This document shows positions 48,964-59,154 of a DNA stretch of 64,000 nucleotides, one piece after another (the first letter of the stretch is position 1; each line of letters starts with the position of its first letter). The notes under the pieces are model-generated. The model made no database searches and had not been told where the DNA came from. It was given only the letters and a program-made list of their open reading frames with translations. Source of the stretch: Flavobacterium sp. (GTDB taxonomy: Bacteria; Bacteroidota; Bacteroidia; Flavobacteriales; Flavobacteriaceae); the NCBI RefSeq assembly GCF_039916025.1, contig NZ_JBDSMB010000065.1, positions 2,135 through 66,134 of the forward strand, given 5' to 3'. Made by a program: the position numbers and the translations under genes.

Positions 48964-50682
48964 TTAGACCATTCCCAATTTGAAGTAAAAAGTACTTCCC
49001 AATCCCAATTGGCTCTCTACACCAATTGTTCCGTTCTGTGCTTCAATAAATTCTTTGCTTATCGCCAAACCTAAACCTGTACCCGATTTATTACTTCCGG
49101 GGATTTGAAAATATTTGTCAAAGATTTTGGTCTGATATCGACTATCAATACCTTGACCCTTATCAATAACCTGAAATACAAGTTGATCATTTTCAGTTTT
49201 CAAATTAACTTTTATTATACTATTATCAGGTGAATACCTAATAGCATTGGTGAGGAAATTAATCAAAACCCATGCTGTTTTTTCAGAATCGGCTTTTACT
49301 TCAGATAGATTTTTTTCGGATTGAACGATGAACTCAATATGCTTTTGTTCAGCTTGTGTTTTTACCGCTTCAATGGCATAATTTACAATTTCATGAGCCT
49401 TACTTTTCTCAATATTCAACTGAATATTACCCGTTTCTAACTGTGATAATTCTAATAATTCTCCGGTAATTTTAAGTAATCGCTGACTGTCTTCTTTAAT
49501 ACTTTCTATCAAGTGTTTTTGGTCATCATTTATAGTTCCTATTTCTTTTTTTTCAAGTAATTGCAAACTCATTTTAATAGATGAAATAGGTGTTTTTAAT
49601 TCATGTGAAACTGTTGCAATAAAATTAGTTTTGGCAAAATCCAATTCTTTGAAAATGGTGATATTCCGCAAAATAATCACATTACCAATATCAATTAATT
49701 TGTCTTCACCTGTTGGCTTTATAGTGATATTTACAGTTTCCTTTTCGAAATAACTTTCTTTTCCGTTGGCAAAAATAGTCATCGGATGTGCTTTGGCACT
49801 TTCCAATTCATTTATTATTAAAGATTTTAACAAATCGTTACTTAAAGCCAAGGTTGATGCTAATTTTCCAATAACTTCTTCCGATTTAAGGCCCATAATT
49901 TTTAATGCTTCATCATTAACGAACAAAAGTATTCCTTCGTTATCAAGACCGATAATTGGGTCATTCATATTGTTAATCAATGTTTCCAAACGCTTCTTTT
50001 CAAAAGTTAATTTATGCAGGTTACTACTGCTGTATTCTTCCAACTTTTTTGCCATGATATTAAATGATTTTGCTAAATCACCATATTCATTATGATTCAT
50101 AAAATGAACACGCTCCTTGTAATTCCCATTGGCAATTTCTTTGATGCTCGTTGTTAATTCTTTAATGGGATTGGCAATATTATTTGGCAAATTCATCAAT
50201 AAGTTAAACGCTATCAAAAAACACAAAGTACCTAGAATGGCTATCGAAAAATTGGCTGTTTCTGCTGTTTTTTTGGCAACATCGCTCTTTTGTTTAATGG
50301 CAATCATATTGAGTTCCATTATTTCGAAAATATCTTGTCTGATTTTATTTTTTAACTTCTCATCATCACGATTTTTTTCTAAGGTTTTGAAGCTTTCTTG
50401 AAGATTATTAGTCACAGCTTCTTCACCGTTTTCTGTAACATTGGCGATTTGAAGCTTTAAATTGGTTTCAAAAATTGTTATAGCTTTATTTTCATCAGAA
50501 GCAATATTCTCCAATGACAGCAACATGTTTCTGGAATATTCCAATGTGTTATAATTGGCTTTCAGGATGTTTTGAGTGTCCTTTTTTATTGAAAAGATAC
50601 AATAGGCACTTACAAGCGAAAGGATAATTATCAGAAAGAATAATAATCCTACTCCGAGATTTAATTTAGTTTTAGTTTTCAT
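48964..50682 (-). CDS. Sensor histidine kinase (HAMP-PAS-HisKA-HATPase) of the kdp locus
   Basis: SHELKTP, NFLTNAIRY, DKGQG and GTGLGL motifs. Confidence 0.92.
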   Translation of the reverse strand: MKTKTKLNLGVGLLFFLIIILSLVSAYCIFSIKKDTQNILKANYNTLEYSRNMLLSLENIASDENKAITIFETNLKLQIANVTENGEEAVTNNLQESFKTLEKNRDDEKLKNKIRQDIFEIMELNMIAIKQKSDVAKKTAETANFSIAILGTLCFLIAFNLLMNLPNNIANPIKELTTSIKEIANGNYKERVHFMNHNEYGDLAKSFNIMAKKLEEYSSSNLHKLTFEKKRLETLINNMNDPIIGLDNEGILLFVNDEALKIMGLKSEEVIGKLASTLALSNDLLKSLIINELESAKAHPMTIFANGKESYFEKETVNITIKPTGEDKLIDIGNVIILRNITIFKELDFAKTNFIATVSHELKTPISSIKMSLQLLEKKEIGTINDDQKHLIESIKEDSQRLLKITGELLELSQLETGNIQLNIEKSKAHEIVNYAIEAVKTQAEQKHIEFIVQSEKNLSEVKADSEKTAWVLINFLTNAIRYSPDNSIIKVNLKTENDQLVFQVIDKGQGIDSRYQTKIFDKYFQIPGSNKSGTGLGLAISKEFIEAQNGTIGVESQLGLGSTFYFKLGMV

Positions 50683-50683
50683 C

Positions 50684-51811
50684 TTATGATAATATTACAA
50701 GATCAACATTTGATTCAGAAAGATTGTTTAATAATCTTCTAAAAATGGTTGTTGACAAAATTACTTTAAATAAATTGAAATGCGGTTTTCCAATGCAAAG
50801 GGTTGTAATGTCTTTTTCTTCCACAATTTTCAGCATTGCATCGGTTATATTTGAAGCTTCAATTTTAATTACTTCGGCTCCGAGTTGTGTGGCCAATTTG
50901 AAATTATTAATCAAATGACGTTGTTTGTCCAAGGCAATTTTATCCGGACTTTCTTTAGGAGTTTCTACATACAAAACATACCAAATTCCGTTATAGTAAC
51001 TTGCCAATCGTGCTGCTTTCCGAATAACAATCTTAGCCGTTCTGTCATTGCTGCTGATACACGCCAATAGTTTTTCATGTTTTATTCCGGTATTTTTTGG
51101 GACTTCATTTTCAACTTTTCGAACCACTTGACTTGCTACTTCTTTCAATGCCAATTCACGCAATTGCAGAATTTGATCTGATTTAAAAAAATTAGTCAGT
51201 GCAGTTTGAATTTTATCTTCAGTATAAATTTTGCCTTCCTTCAAACGAGAAATCAAGTCTTCAGCCGTCAAATCAATATTTACAACTTCATCTGCCAAAC
51301 GCAACACATTATCAGGAACACGTTCCAAAACATCAATGTTTGTGATGCGCTTTACATCTTCATTCAGACTTTCTATATGCTGAATATTCACAGCTGAAAT
51401 CACATTAATTCCGGCTTCCAGAATTTCCAAAACATCCTGCCAACGCTTTTCGTTTTTGCTTCCTTCTACGTTAGTATGTGCCAATTCATCAACAATCACA
51501 ACTTCAGGACGCAAATTAATAATGGCTTGAACGTCCATTTCTTCGAGTTGTTTTCCTTTATAGAAAATTGTTCTTCTCGGAATAACTGGTAAACCATCAA
51601 GCAATTCATGTGTTTCTTTACGCAAATGTGTTTCGATATAACCAATTTTCACATCAATCCCATTCTTCAACAATGAATGTGCTTCCTGCAGCATACGATA
51701 GGTTTTGCCCACACCGGCACTCATACCAATGTAAATTTTAAACTTTCCTTTACGCGATTTCTGAATTAAATCGAGAAAGTGTTGGGCATTATTTTCCTTT
51801 TCGTCGTGCAT
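50684..51811 (-). CDS. kdpD: Stand-alone KdpD N-terminal domain plus USP domain
   Basis: KIYIGMSAGVGKTYRML, VDELAHTN, NIQHIESL and LRELAL motifs; no TM or kinase domain. Confidence 0.9.
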   Translation of the reverse strand: MHDEKENNAQHFLDLIQKSRKGKFKIYIGMSAGVGKTYRMLQEAHSLLKNGIDVKIGYIETHLRKETHELLDGLPVIPRRTIFYKGKQLEEMDVQAIINLRPEVVIVDELAHTNVEGSKNEKRWQDVLEILEAGINVISAVNIQHIESLNEDVKRITNIDVLERVPDNVLRLADEVVNIDLTAEDLISRLKEGKIYTEDKIQTALTNFFKSDQILQLRELALKEVASQVVRKVENEVPKNTGIKHEKLLACISSNDRTAKIVIRKAARLASYYNGIWYVLYVETPKESPDKIALDKQRHLINNFKLATQLGAEVIKIEASNITDAMLKIVEEKDITTLCIGKPHFNLFKVILSTTIFRRLLNNLSESNVDLVILS

Positions 51812-51828
51812 TTATTTTATTCTAAAAA

Positions 51829-52908
51829 TTAAAAAGATATTGCTAATGCTGTAGTCAAAAAAGTATTCTGATTCGTTGGATTTCCGTTTTTCAAAAATAT
51901 ATCATCCTTGCTGTTTAAATTTCTGGCTTCAATTCTAAACATAATATTATCAGCAATTAAGTAATCAAAATTAGCTGAAACTCCAAAAGTTTTAAATCCG
52001 TTTTCAGTTCCTGTTGCAATAATTACACCTTGTTTATCTTGATAATATTCCCCTCTTAACCCCAATTGTACTTTAGCAATTGGTTTATATTGTGCAATAA
52101 ATACTGGCGAATACCATACGTCATAATTACTACTTCCTGTTACCGTTTGTTGTGCACCAATATCAAATCCAGCTGTCAAACTCGTTTTTTCTGAAACTTT
52201 AAATTGTCCGTAAAAATTATTGAAATAACGCCATTTACGAATTGAATCAGGTTGCTCATTTCCAATATAAGTACTCCAATTCAACGTTGCTTTAGCTGTT
52301 TTATAAGTGATTTGAGTTCCAAAAGCCGGAGTTTGATTGCCGTCAATTTTCTGAATGCGTTGCCAACCGTTCAAATACATCGCAGCCAAATACCATTTTT
52401 CTGATTTAGAAGTGTATCCAATTTTAACTCCAGCTTCATAATAAGGCGAGTTATCAGCCAAAATACTTCGAGTTAAATTCACACAATCCTTTCCAATCGC
52501 ACTTTCAAAACCAATGTGCGAAGGCATAATTCCGGCATCAACCCAAAGGTTAGCGGTTTTAGAAATTTTCACACCAACATTCGCTTCAAAAACATTTTTC
52601 AGTAAATCCTGCTCGCCAGCCAGATTGTATTCCGGATAAGTTCCGGCCATTAAGGCAAAATTTCCTCGCAGATTATCTTTGGTGTAATTGGCTTTTACAA
52701 AACCTAAATTCAGATTCAATTCGTTGTGTTTATTATGACTGTACACAAAGCTCGGACGCAAATGATTGTCTGGGTTTCCAAAATCATAACTGTAATACGT
52801 TTCTAAATATCCCGAAAACGTAAATGGGCTTTTTGCTGTCGCTGTTTCCTGCGCGTTTATTGTTGTAAATCCGAAAGCTAGTAAAGCTGTAACTAATATT
52901 TTTTTCAT
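51829..52908 (-). CDS. Outer membrane beta-barrel porin of the kdp locus
   Basis: Signal MKKILVTA; FSGYLETYYSYDF; GIMPSHIGFES; terminal Phe. Confidence 0.8.
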   Translation of the reverse strand: MKKILVTALLAFGFTTINAQETATAKSPFTFSGYLETYYSYDFGNPDNHLRPSFVYSHNKHNELNLNLGFVKANYTKDNLRGNFALMAGTYPEYNLAGEQDLLKNVFEANVGVKISKTANLWVDAGIMPSHIGFESAIGKDCVNLTRSILADNSPYYEAGVKIGYTSKSEKWYLAAMYLNGWQRIQKIDGNQTPAFGTQITYKTAKATLNWSTYIGNEQPDSIRKWRYFNNFYGQFKVSEKTSLTAGFDIGAQQTVTGSSNYDVWYSPVFIAQYKPIAKVQLGLRGEYYQDKQGVIIATGTENGFKTFGVSANFDYLIADNIMFRIEARNLNSKDDIFLKNGNPTNQNTFLTTALAISF

Positions 52909-52926
52909 TTTGTTGTTTTTATTTGA

Positions 52927-53003
52927 AGCTAATCCGGCTGTTCGTTGCAATCTTTTCTTTTTTAAAGAAAAAAAGAAAAGGATTTCCACTGCCATCCGGG
53001 CTA
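52927..53003. repeat. Intergenic REP-like element, same family as 2024-2124
   Basis: Reverse complement reads TAGCCCGGATGGCAGTGGAAATCCTTTT..AAAAGATTGCAACGAACAGCCGGATTAGCT. Confidence 0.75.
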
Positions 53004-53023
53004 GGGCACTCTATTTTAAATTG

Positions 53024-53587
53024 CTATTTTGTTATATTATCCAATGTAATATTCAATTGCAGCACGTTAATTTTTTCTGTTCCCAAACATCCTAAAAGTG
53101 GTGAAACAGTATTTTCTTTAATTAAAGTCAACACTTTTTCTTCTGAAATATTTCTGGCTTTTGCTACTCTGTTAGCTTGTACTTTCGCACCCTGAACCGA
53201 AATGTTTGGATCCAATCCACTTCCTGAAGCAGTAACCAATTCTGATGGAACTTCGTTGCGTTTCACTGTTGGATTTTTAAGTAAAAAAGTATCTATCCTG
53301 GTTTTAACTTCTGCCAAATATTCTGGATTTGTGGTTCCTTTATTGCTTCCACCAGAACCCGCAGCATTATAATTAACCGCAGAAGGACGAGACCAAAAGT
53401 ATTTGTCTTTCGTAAATTTCTGTGCCACATTAATGTGATGGTTTTTTCCATTTACCATCACGATTTCACCTTTTCCCTGATTAGGAGCAAACTGCGCAAT
53501 TCCGTAAATACTCAACGTATAAAACCCTGCGAAAAACAACGCACAAAATAAGGTCAATCGAACTGCGGGAATGATATTTTCTTTCAT
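53024..53587 (-). CDS. kdpC: K+-transporting ATPase subunit C
   Basis: YFWSRPSA, SGGSN, LVTASGSGLDPNIS and INVLQLN motifs. Confidence 0.95.
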   Translation of the reverse strand: MKENIIPAVRLTLFCALFFAGFYTLSIYGIAQFAPNQGKGEIVMVNGKNHHINVAQKFTKDKYFWSRPSAVNYNAAGSGGSNKGTTNPEYLAEVKTRIDTFLLKNPTVKRNEVPSELVTASGSGLDPNISVQGAKVQANRVAKARNISEEKVLTLIKENTVSPLLGCLGTEKINVLQLNITLDNITK

Positions 53588-53646
53588 AATTTCTATTATT
53601 TTTAATCTGAACTTATTTCAGGTTCTTTTATTAATATTCTATTTTT

Positions 53647-53684
53647 CTAATTACTAATTACTAGTCACTAATTACTAGTCACTA
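53647..53684. repeat. Heptamer tandem array (single arm)
   Basis: CTAATTA CTAATTA CTAGTCA CTAATTA CTAGTCA CTA. Confidence 0.8.
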
Positions 53685-53688
53685 TTTT

Positions 53689-55707
53689 TTACACAAACAA
53701 TGCTACTGCCAAATCAATCAATTTTATCCCAATAAACGGAATGATAATTCCACCGATTCCGTAGATGAATAAATTTCTACGCAACAACGCCGATGCACCA
53801 ATTGGTTTGTAAGCAACACCTCGCAACGCAAGTGGAATAAGGAACGGAATAATAATCGCATTAAAAATTACCGCTGATAAAATCGCACTTTGTGGACTGT
53901 GCAAATGCATAATATTCAAACCTTGCAAAGCTGGAATTGCGGTAATAAATAGCGCTGGAATAATAGCAAAATACTTCGCCACATCATTCGCAATAGAAAA
54001 CGTTGTTAACGTTCCTCTGGTCATCAAAAGTTGTTTCCCAATTTCTACAATTTCGATTAATTTGGTTGGATCATTATCTAAATCGACCATGTTCCCGGCT
54101 TCTTTTGCGGCTTGAGTTCCGCTGTTCATGGCGACACCTACATTGGCTTGAGCCAGAGCTGGCGCATCATTTGTTCCGTCACCCATCATTGCAACCAATC
54201 GTCCTTCGGCTTGTTCTTTTTTGATATAATTCATTTTATCTTCTGGTTTGGCTTCGGCAATAAAATCATCAACACCAGCTTTTTCAGCGATAAATTTGGC
54301 AGTCAATGGATTGTCTCCAGTTACCATTACCGTTTTGATTCCCATTCTGCGTAATCTTTCAAAACGTTCTTTCATACCGGTTTTGATAATGTCCTGCAAC
54401 TCAATCACACCTTGAACCTGATTGTTTTTGATTACTACTAAAGGAGTTCCGCCGTTTGAAGCAATATCAATTACCTTTTGAGCTGTATCTTCAGGAAAAG
54501 GATTTCCTGCTTGTTGTGCGATGTTTTTCGCGGCATCTTGCGCACCTTTTCGAATGTTGGTTCCATCTTTCAAAACCACACCAGATGTTCTGGTTTCCGC
54601 AGTAAATTTGATTAAAGTCGCACCTTCAATTGATAATTTATTCGCTACATCAGCTCCAGCTAATTCAACAATACTTTTACCTTCGGGCGTATCATCTGCC
54701 AAAGAACTCAAAACGGCAGACTGAATAAATTCTTGTTCCGAAATTCCTTTTGTTGGATAAAAACTGGTAGCTTTTCTATTTCCGATAGTTATTGTACCCG
54801 TTTTATCTAAGAGTAAAACATCAATATCTCCAGCTGTTTCCACCGCTTTTCCTGATTTGGTAATGACATTTGCACGCAACGCTCTATCCATTCCGGCAAT
54901 TCCGATGGCTGATAATAAGCCGCCAATTGTGGTTGGAATCAAACACACAAACAAAGCAATAAATGATGCGATTGTGATTGGGGCATTCGCATATTTTGCA
55001 AATGGTGCTAACGTAACGGTTACGATGATAAAGACCAATGTAAATCCGGCTAACAAAATTGTCAATGCAATTTCGTTTGGTGTTTTTTGACGGCTTGCAC
55101 CTTCCACCAAAGCAATCATTTTATCCAAGAAACTTTCTCCTGGTTCTGACGTTACCTGCACTTTTATTTTATCGGATAAGACTTTTGTTCCGCCCGTTAC
55201 TGATGATTTATCGCCACCTGCTTCTCTAATAACCGGAGCACTTTCTCCAGTAATGGCACTTTCATCAATAGTTGCTAAACCTTCGATGATTTCTCCATCG
55301 GTGGCAATAATATCGCCAGCTTCACATACAAATACATCGCCTTTTTTTAATTGAGCAGATGAAATGAATTGACCATTTTCTAATCTTGCGGGAGTTTCTT
55401 CACGGGTTTTTCGCAAACTATTGGCTTGTGCTTTTCCTCTTGCTTCTGCTATTGCTTCGGCGAAATTCGCAAACAATAACGTAATTAACAATACTAAAAA
55501 AACGATGAAGTTATAAATAAAACTTCCTTGTGATGCTTCTCCGGATAAAATCCAAAGACACACAAAAAACATTACGATTGTTCCGATTTCTACTGTAAAC
55601 ATTACAGGATTACGGAACATTATTTTGGGATTCAATTTCACAAAAGATTGTTTGAAGGCTTCGTTAACCAATTCTTTTTGAAATAAATTATTTTGAGATT
55701 TACTCAT
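53689..55707 (-). CDS. kdpB: K+-transporting ATPase subunit B
   Basis: TGES, DKTGT and [12 protein letters not shown] motifs. Confidence 0.98.
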   Translation of the reverse strand: MSKSQNNLFQKELVNEAFKQSFVKLNPKIMFRNPVMFTVEIGTIVMFFVCLWILSGEASQGSFIYNFIVFLVLLITLLFANFAEAIAEARGKAQANSLRKTREETPARLENGQFISSAQLKKGDVFVCEAGDIIATDGEIIEGLATIDESAITGESAPVIREAGGDKSSVTGGTKVLSDKIKVQVTSEPGESFLDKMIALVEGASRQKTPNEIALTILLAGFTLVFIIVTVTLAPFAKYANAPITIASFIALFVCLIPTTIGGLLSAIGIAGMDRALRANVITKSGKAVETAGDIDVLLLDKTGTITIGNRKATSFYPTKGISEQEFIQSAVLSSLADDTPEGKSIVELAGADVANKLSIEGATLIKFTAETRTSGVVLKDGTNIRKGAQDAAKNIAQQAGNPFPEDTAQKVIDIASNGGTPLVVIKNNQVQGVIELQDIIKTGMKERFERLRRMGIKTVMVTGDNPLTAKFIAEKAGVDDFIAEAKPEDKMNYIKKEQAEGRLVAMMGDGTNDAPALAQANVGVAMNSGTQAAKEAGNMVDLDNDPTKLIEIVEIGKQLLMTRGTLTTFSIANDVAKYFAIIPALFITAIPALQGLNIMHLHSPQSAILSAVIFNAIIIPFLIPLALRGVAYKPIGASALLRRNLFIYGIGGIIIPFIGIKLIDLAVALFV

Positions 55708-55716
55708 GATTTTTAA

Positions 55717-57417
55717 TTATTTAGAGGTAAAAAATTCGGCAATTGGTCCTAAGGTCAAAGCTGGGAAAAAGGATAATGCGGCTACAATTACGATGACGGC
55801 AAAAACCATCAATCCGAAAGTGGAAGTATCGGTTTTTAAAGTTCCGTTACTTTCTGGCACATAACTTTTGCTGGCTAAGATTCCGGCAATTGCAACGGGT
55901 CCGATGATGGGTAAGTATCTGGCGAATAGCATTACAATTCCGGTTGCAATATTCCAAAACGGCGTATTATCGCCCAAACCTTCAAATCCGCTACCGTTAT
56001 TGGCTGATGCAGATGTGAACTCGTATAGCATTTCACTAAATCCGTGATAACCGGGATTCGCTAACCAACCAGATAAAGCTTCTGGATTTTCCGCATACAA
56101 ATGACTTGCTAAAGCAGTTCCAACCAATATTAAAAATGGATGTAATAAAGCAATCATCATGGCGATTTTCATTTCTTTGGCTTCGATTTTCTTTCCGAGG
56201 AATTCGGGTGTTCTTCCAACCATCAATCCGCTGATGAAAACACCGAGAATGATGAAGATGTAAAAGTTCAAGAATCCGACACCAACGCCCCCATAAAAGC
56301 AGTTGATCATCATTCCGAGTAGTGTTGTGATTCCGGTTATCGGTGTCATACTGTCGTGCATCGCATTTACAGAACCGTTACTGGTGCAAGTCGTATAAGT
56401 TGCCCAATTCGCAGAAGCGGCAGCTCCGAAACGAACTTCTTTTCCTTCCATGCTTCCCATATTTTGGGCAATTCCGAGTTGGTGAATGTTGGTGCTTCCG
56501 TTCATTTCGCTTATGACTGCTGGAATGAGCAAACTCAAAAATCCGATAGTCATTACAGCATAAATGGTCCAAGATAATTTTCGACGTTTCAATACAAATC
56601 CGAGTGCAAAAACCATCGCAATTGGAATTAAGAAAATACAAATCGTTTCAACAATATTGGTCAAATAGTTAGGATTTTCCATTGGGTTGGCTGAATTCGG
56701 ACCATAAAATCCACCGCCATTCGTTCCTAGTTGTTTAATCGCTACGAAAGCGGCAACCGGACCGCGACTTACATATTGCGTTTGACCTTCTAAAGTGGTG
56801 ATGGTATCTTTTCCTTCAAAAGTCATTGGTGTTCCGTTGAACAATAAAATGATTGCTACAATAAATGATAATGGCAATAAAATTCTGGTGCAAGAACGAA
56901 CGAAGAAACTGTAGAAATTCCCAATAGTATCGGATGTTTTTTCTTTCATCGCCATAAAAACAGCAGCACAAATTGCCATTCCGCAACCAGCACTGATGAA
57001 TTGCCAAAGCATTAAGGTTAATTGTCCCAAATAAGACAAACCGCTTTCGCCTGAATAGTGTTGCAAATTGGTATTTGTAATGAAGCTAACAGTGGTATTA
57101 AATGCTAAGTCTCCAGTCATGGAAGGGTTTCCATCAGGATTTAAAGGCAACCAAACCATATTGGTCAACACTAACATTGATATGATAAACCAAACCACAT
57201 TGATTGACAATAAAGCAACCAAATGCTGTTTCCAGTTCATTTGTTTGTTGGGATCAATGCCGCCAACTTTATAAAATAAGGCATCGATTGGATTGAAGAT
57301 TTTATCCAGCCAAGTGCTTTCGTAATTGAATATTTTTCCGATGTAACGTCCTAATGGAATTGCCAGCAGCAAAACCAACCCATAGGTTACGATAATTCCG
57401 AGGATTTCTGAGTTCAT
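55717..57417 (-). CDS. kdpA: K+-transporting ATPase subunit A
   Basis: NTNLQHYSGE, KQLGTNGGG, SNGSVNAMHDS and SANNGSGF motifs. Confidence 0.98.
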   Translation of the reverse strand: MNSEILGIIVTYGLVLLLAIPLGRYIGKIFNYESTWLDKIFNPIDALFYKVGGIDPNKQMNWKQHLVALLSINVVWFIISMLVLTNMVWLPLNPDGNPSMTGDLAFNTTVSFITNTNLQHYSGESGLSYLGQLTLMLWQFISAGCGMAICAAVFMAMKEKTSDTIGNFYSFFVRSCTRILLPLSFIVAIILLFNGTPMTFEGKDTITTLEGQTQYVSRGPVAAFVAIKQLGTNGGGFYGPNSANPMENPNYLTNIVETICIFLIPIAMVFALGFVLKRRKLSWTIYAVMTIGFLSLLIPAVISEMNGSTNIHQLGIAQNMGSMEGKEVRFGAAASANWATYTTCTSNGSVNAMHDSMTPITGITTLLGMMINCFYGGVGVGFLNFYIFIILGVFISGLMVGRTPEFLGKKIEAKEMKIAMMIALLHPFLILVGTALASHLYAENPEALSGWLANPGYHGFSEMLYEFTSASANNGSGFEGLGDNTPFWNIATGIVMLFARYLPIIGPVAIAGILASKSYVPESNGTLKTDTSTFGLMVFAVIVIVAALSFFPALTLGPIAEFFTSK

Positions 57418-57419
57418 TT

Positions 57420-57497
57420 TTAGAATTTTTCTGGTTTTACTAATACATAGCAGATGTAAATAAATACGGCTATGGCGATGATGAAAAGTGCTGTCAT
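57420..57497 (-). CDS. kdpF: K+-transporting ATPase subunit F (25 aa, not in ORF track)
   Basis: MTALFIIAIAVFIYICYVLVKPEKF*; stop 2 nt before the kdpA start. Confidence 0.9.
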   Translation of the reverse strand: MTALFIIAIAVFIYICYVLVKPEKF

Positions 57498-57500
57498 AAT

Positions 57501-57584
57501 TTAGATTTTTTCAAAAACGGTTATCATTTTAAAGAATAGCGCGAATAATAGTAATCCGCTTGCGATGAGAATTAGTGTAATCAT
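57501..57584 (-). CDS. Small hydrophobic peptide upstream of kdpF (27 aa, not in ORF track)
   Basis: MITLILIASGLLLFALFFKMITVFEKI*; 3 nt gap to the kdpF ATG. Confidence 0.7.
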   Translation of the reverse strand: MITLILIASGLLLFALFFKMITVFEKI

Positions 57585-57704
57585 ACTCCGAAAGTGTTTA
57601 TGTGTTTCTGCGCTTATGCCAAAAAACAGTCCAAAAAAATAAGATTAGTGTAAAGTGCTGTAGTTATTAAGATTAGAGAATTTGTGCCAAAAAAAGGCAT
57701 AAAA

Positions 57705-57731
57705 AAAACCCTATCATTTTGATAAGGTTTT
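57705..57731. promoter_or_regulatory. Palindrome upstream of the kdp operon: activator site or terminator of the regulator gene
   Basis: AAAACCCTATCA-TTT-TGATAAGGTTTT; minus-strand T tract follows. Confidence 0.5.
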
Positions 57732-57756
57732 CTCATTATAATACGATGAATTTTGT

Positions 57757-59097
57757 TTATTGAATATTGTATTCGTCTAGTTTCCGGTATAAAGTGGCTA
57801 TACCGATTTCTAATAATCTTGCGGTTTCTGCTTTGTTGCCTTTGGTATAATTCAGTACTTTTTGAATGTGCAGTTTCTCAATACTTTGCATCGAAAATGC
57901 TGACATCGATTTGTTAGTTTTATCTTCCTGATGTTGGATTTCATAAGGTAAAAGCTCAGAAGTTAAAGTATCTCCGTTACATAAAATTACAGAGCGTTCG
58001 ATTATGTTTTTTAATTCTCTAACGTTTCCTGACCAATAATAACTTTCTAGTTTTTGAAGAAAATCAGGAGCAATTTCTAATGTTTTACGATTGATTTTTT
58101 CAGAAAATTGTTTTACGAAATACACTGTTAACGGTGCTATATCTTTCACGCGTTCGCGTAATGGTGGAATGTTGATTTGAAAAATATTTAATCGGAAATA
58201 CAAATCTGAACGAAAACGATTGGCTTCGCTTTCGGACTTTAAATCTCTGTTAGTTGCAGCAATCAATCGGAAATTTGATTTTTTCGGAGTTGAATCCCCA
58301 ACAGGAATATATTCATTGGTTTCTAAAACACGGAGTAATTTGGCTTGCAGTTCTAGTGGCATTTCGCCGATTTCGTCTAAAAATAAAGTGCCACCATTTG
58401 CTTCTTCAATAAAACCTTTTTTATCTTTTATTGCTCCTGTAAAAGCCCCTTGCTTATGCCCAAATAATTCGCTTTCAAGGATTTCTTTGCTGAATGTGCT
58501 GCAGTTTAAAGCTACTAATGACTTTACAACCCGATTACTGTTTTCATGAATGGCTTGTGCAAAAACTTCTTTTCCTGTTCCTGTTTCACCTATTAATAAA
58601 ACTGTTGAATCGGTTTTTGCTACTTTTTTGGCTAAATCAATAACCTGTTCTAAAGCTTTCGATTTTCCTATAATTGTATCAAAAGAATATTTATCAAAAA
58701 TGCGTTTTTCGAGTTGTTGCACTTTCTTTTGAAGTTGCACTTTTTCTAATGCTTTGTGCAAAAGTGGAATAATTTTATCGTTATCGTCACCTTTTACAAT
58801 ATAATCAAAAGCTCCATTTTTCATGGCTTGAACGCCGTCAGCAATATTCCCATAAGCAGTTAAAAGGATAACTTCTGTTAGTGGAAAATTACTTTTTATC
58901 TTTTGAAGGAAATCAACACCGTTGCCGTCTGGAAGTTTAACATCACAAAGTATAACATCAATATCATTTTGTTCCAGTTTTTTTAATCCAGATTTTAAAT
59001 TCGATGCTTCCAGAATATCAAAACCTTCCGATTTTACAATTCTGGCTAACAATCCGCGAAGTTTTTCTTCGTCGTCTATGATTAAAATAGTTTTCAA
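57757..59097 (-). CDS. NtrC-family sigma54-dependent response regulator
   Basis: Receiver domain, GETGTGKE, GAFTGA, FLDEIGE, C-terminal HTH. Confidence 0.95.
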   Translation of the reverse strand: MKTILIIDDEEKLRGLLARIVKSEGFDILEASNLKSGLKKLEQNDIDVILCDVKLPDGNGVDFLQKIKSNFPLTEVILLTAYGNIADGVQAMKNGAFDYIVKGDDNDKIIPLLHKALEKVQLQKKVQQLEKRIFDKYSFDTIIGKSKALEQVIDLAKKVAKTDSTVLLIGETGTGKEVFAQAIHENSNRVVKSLVALNCSTFSKEILESELFGHKQGAFTGAIKDKKGFIEEANGGTLFLDEIGEMPLELQAKLLRVLETNEYIPVGDSTPKKSNFRLIAATNRDLKSESEANRFRSDLYFRLNIFQINIPPLRERVKDIAPLTVYFVKQFSEKINRKTLEIAPDFLQKLESYYWSGNVRELKNIIERSVILCNGDTLTSELLPYEIQHQEDKTNKSMSAFSMQSIEKLHIQKVLNYTKGNKAETARLLEIGIATLYRKLDEYNIQ

Positions 59098-59154
59098 ATT
59101 TGGAATATTTGATACAAAATTAGATTTATTTAATTTGATATTTATTAATTCACA

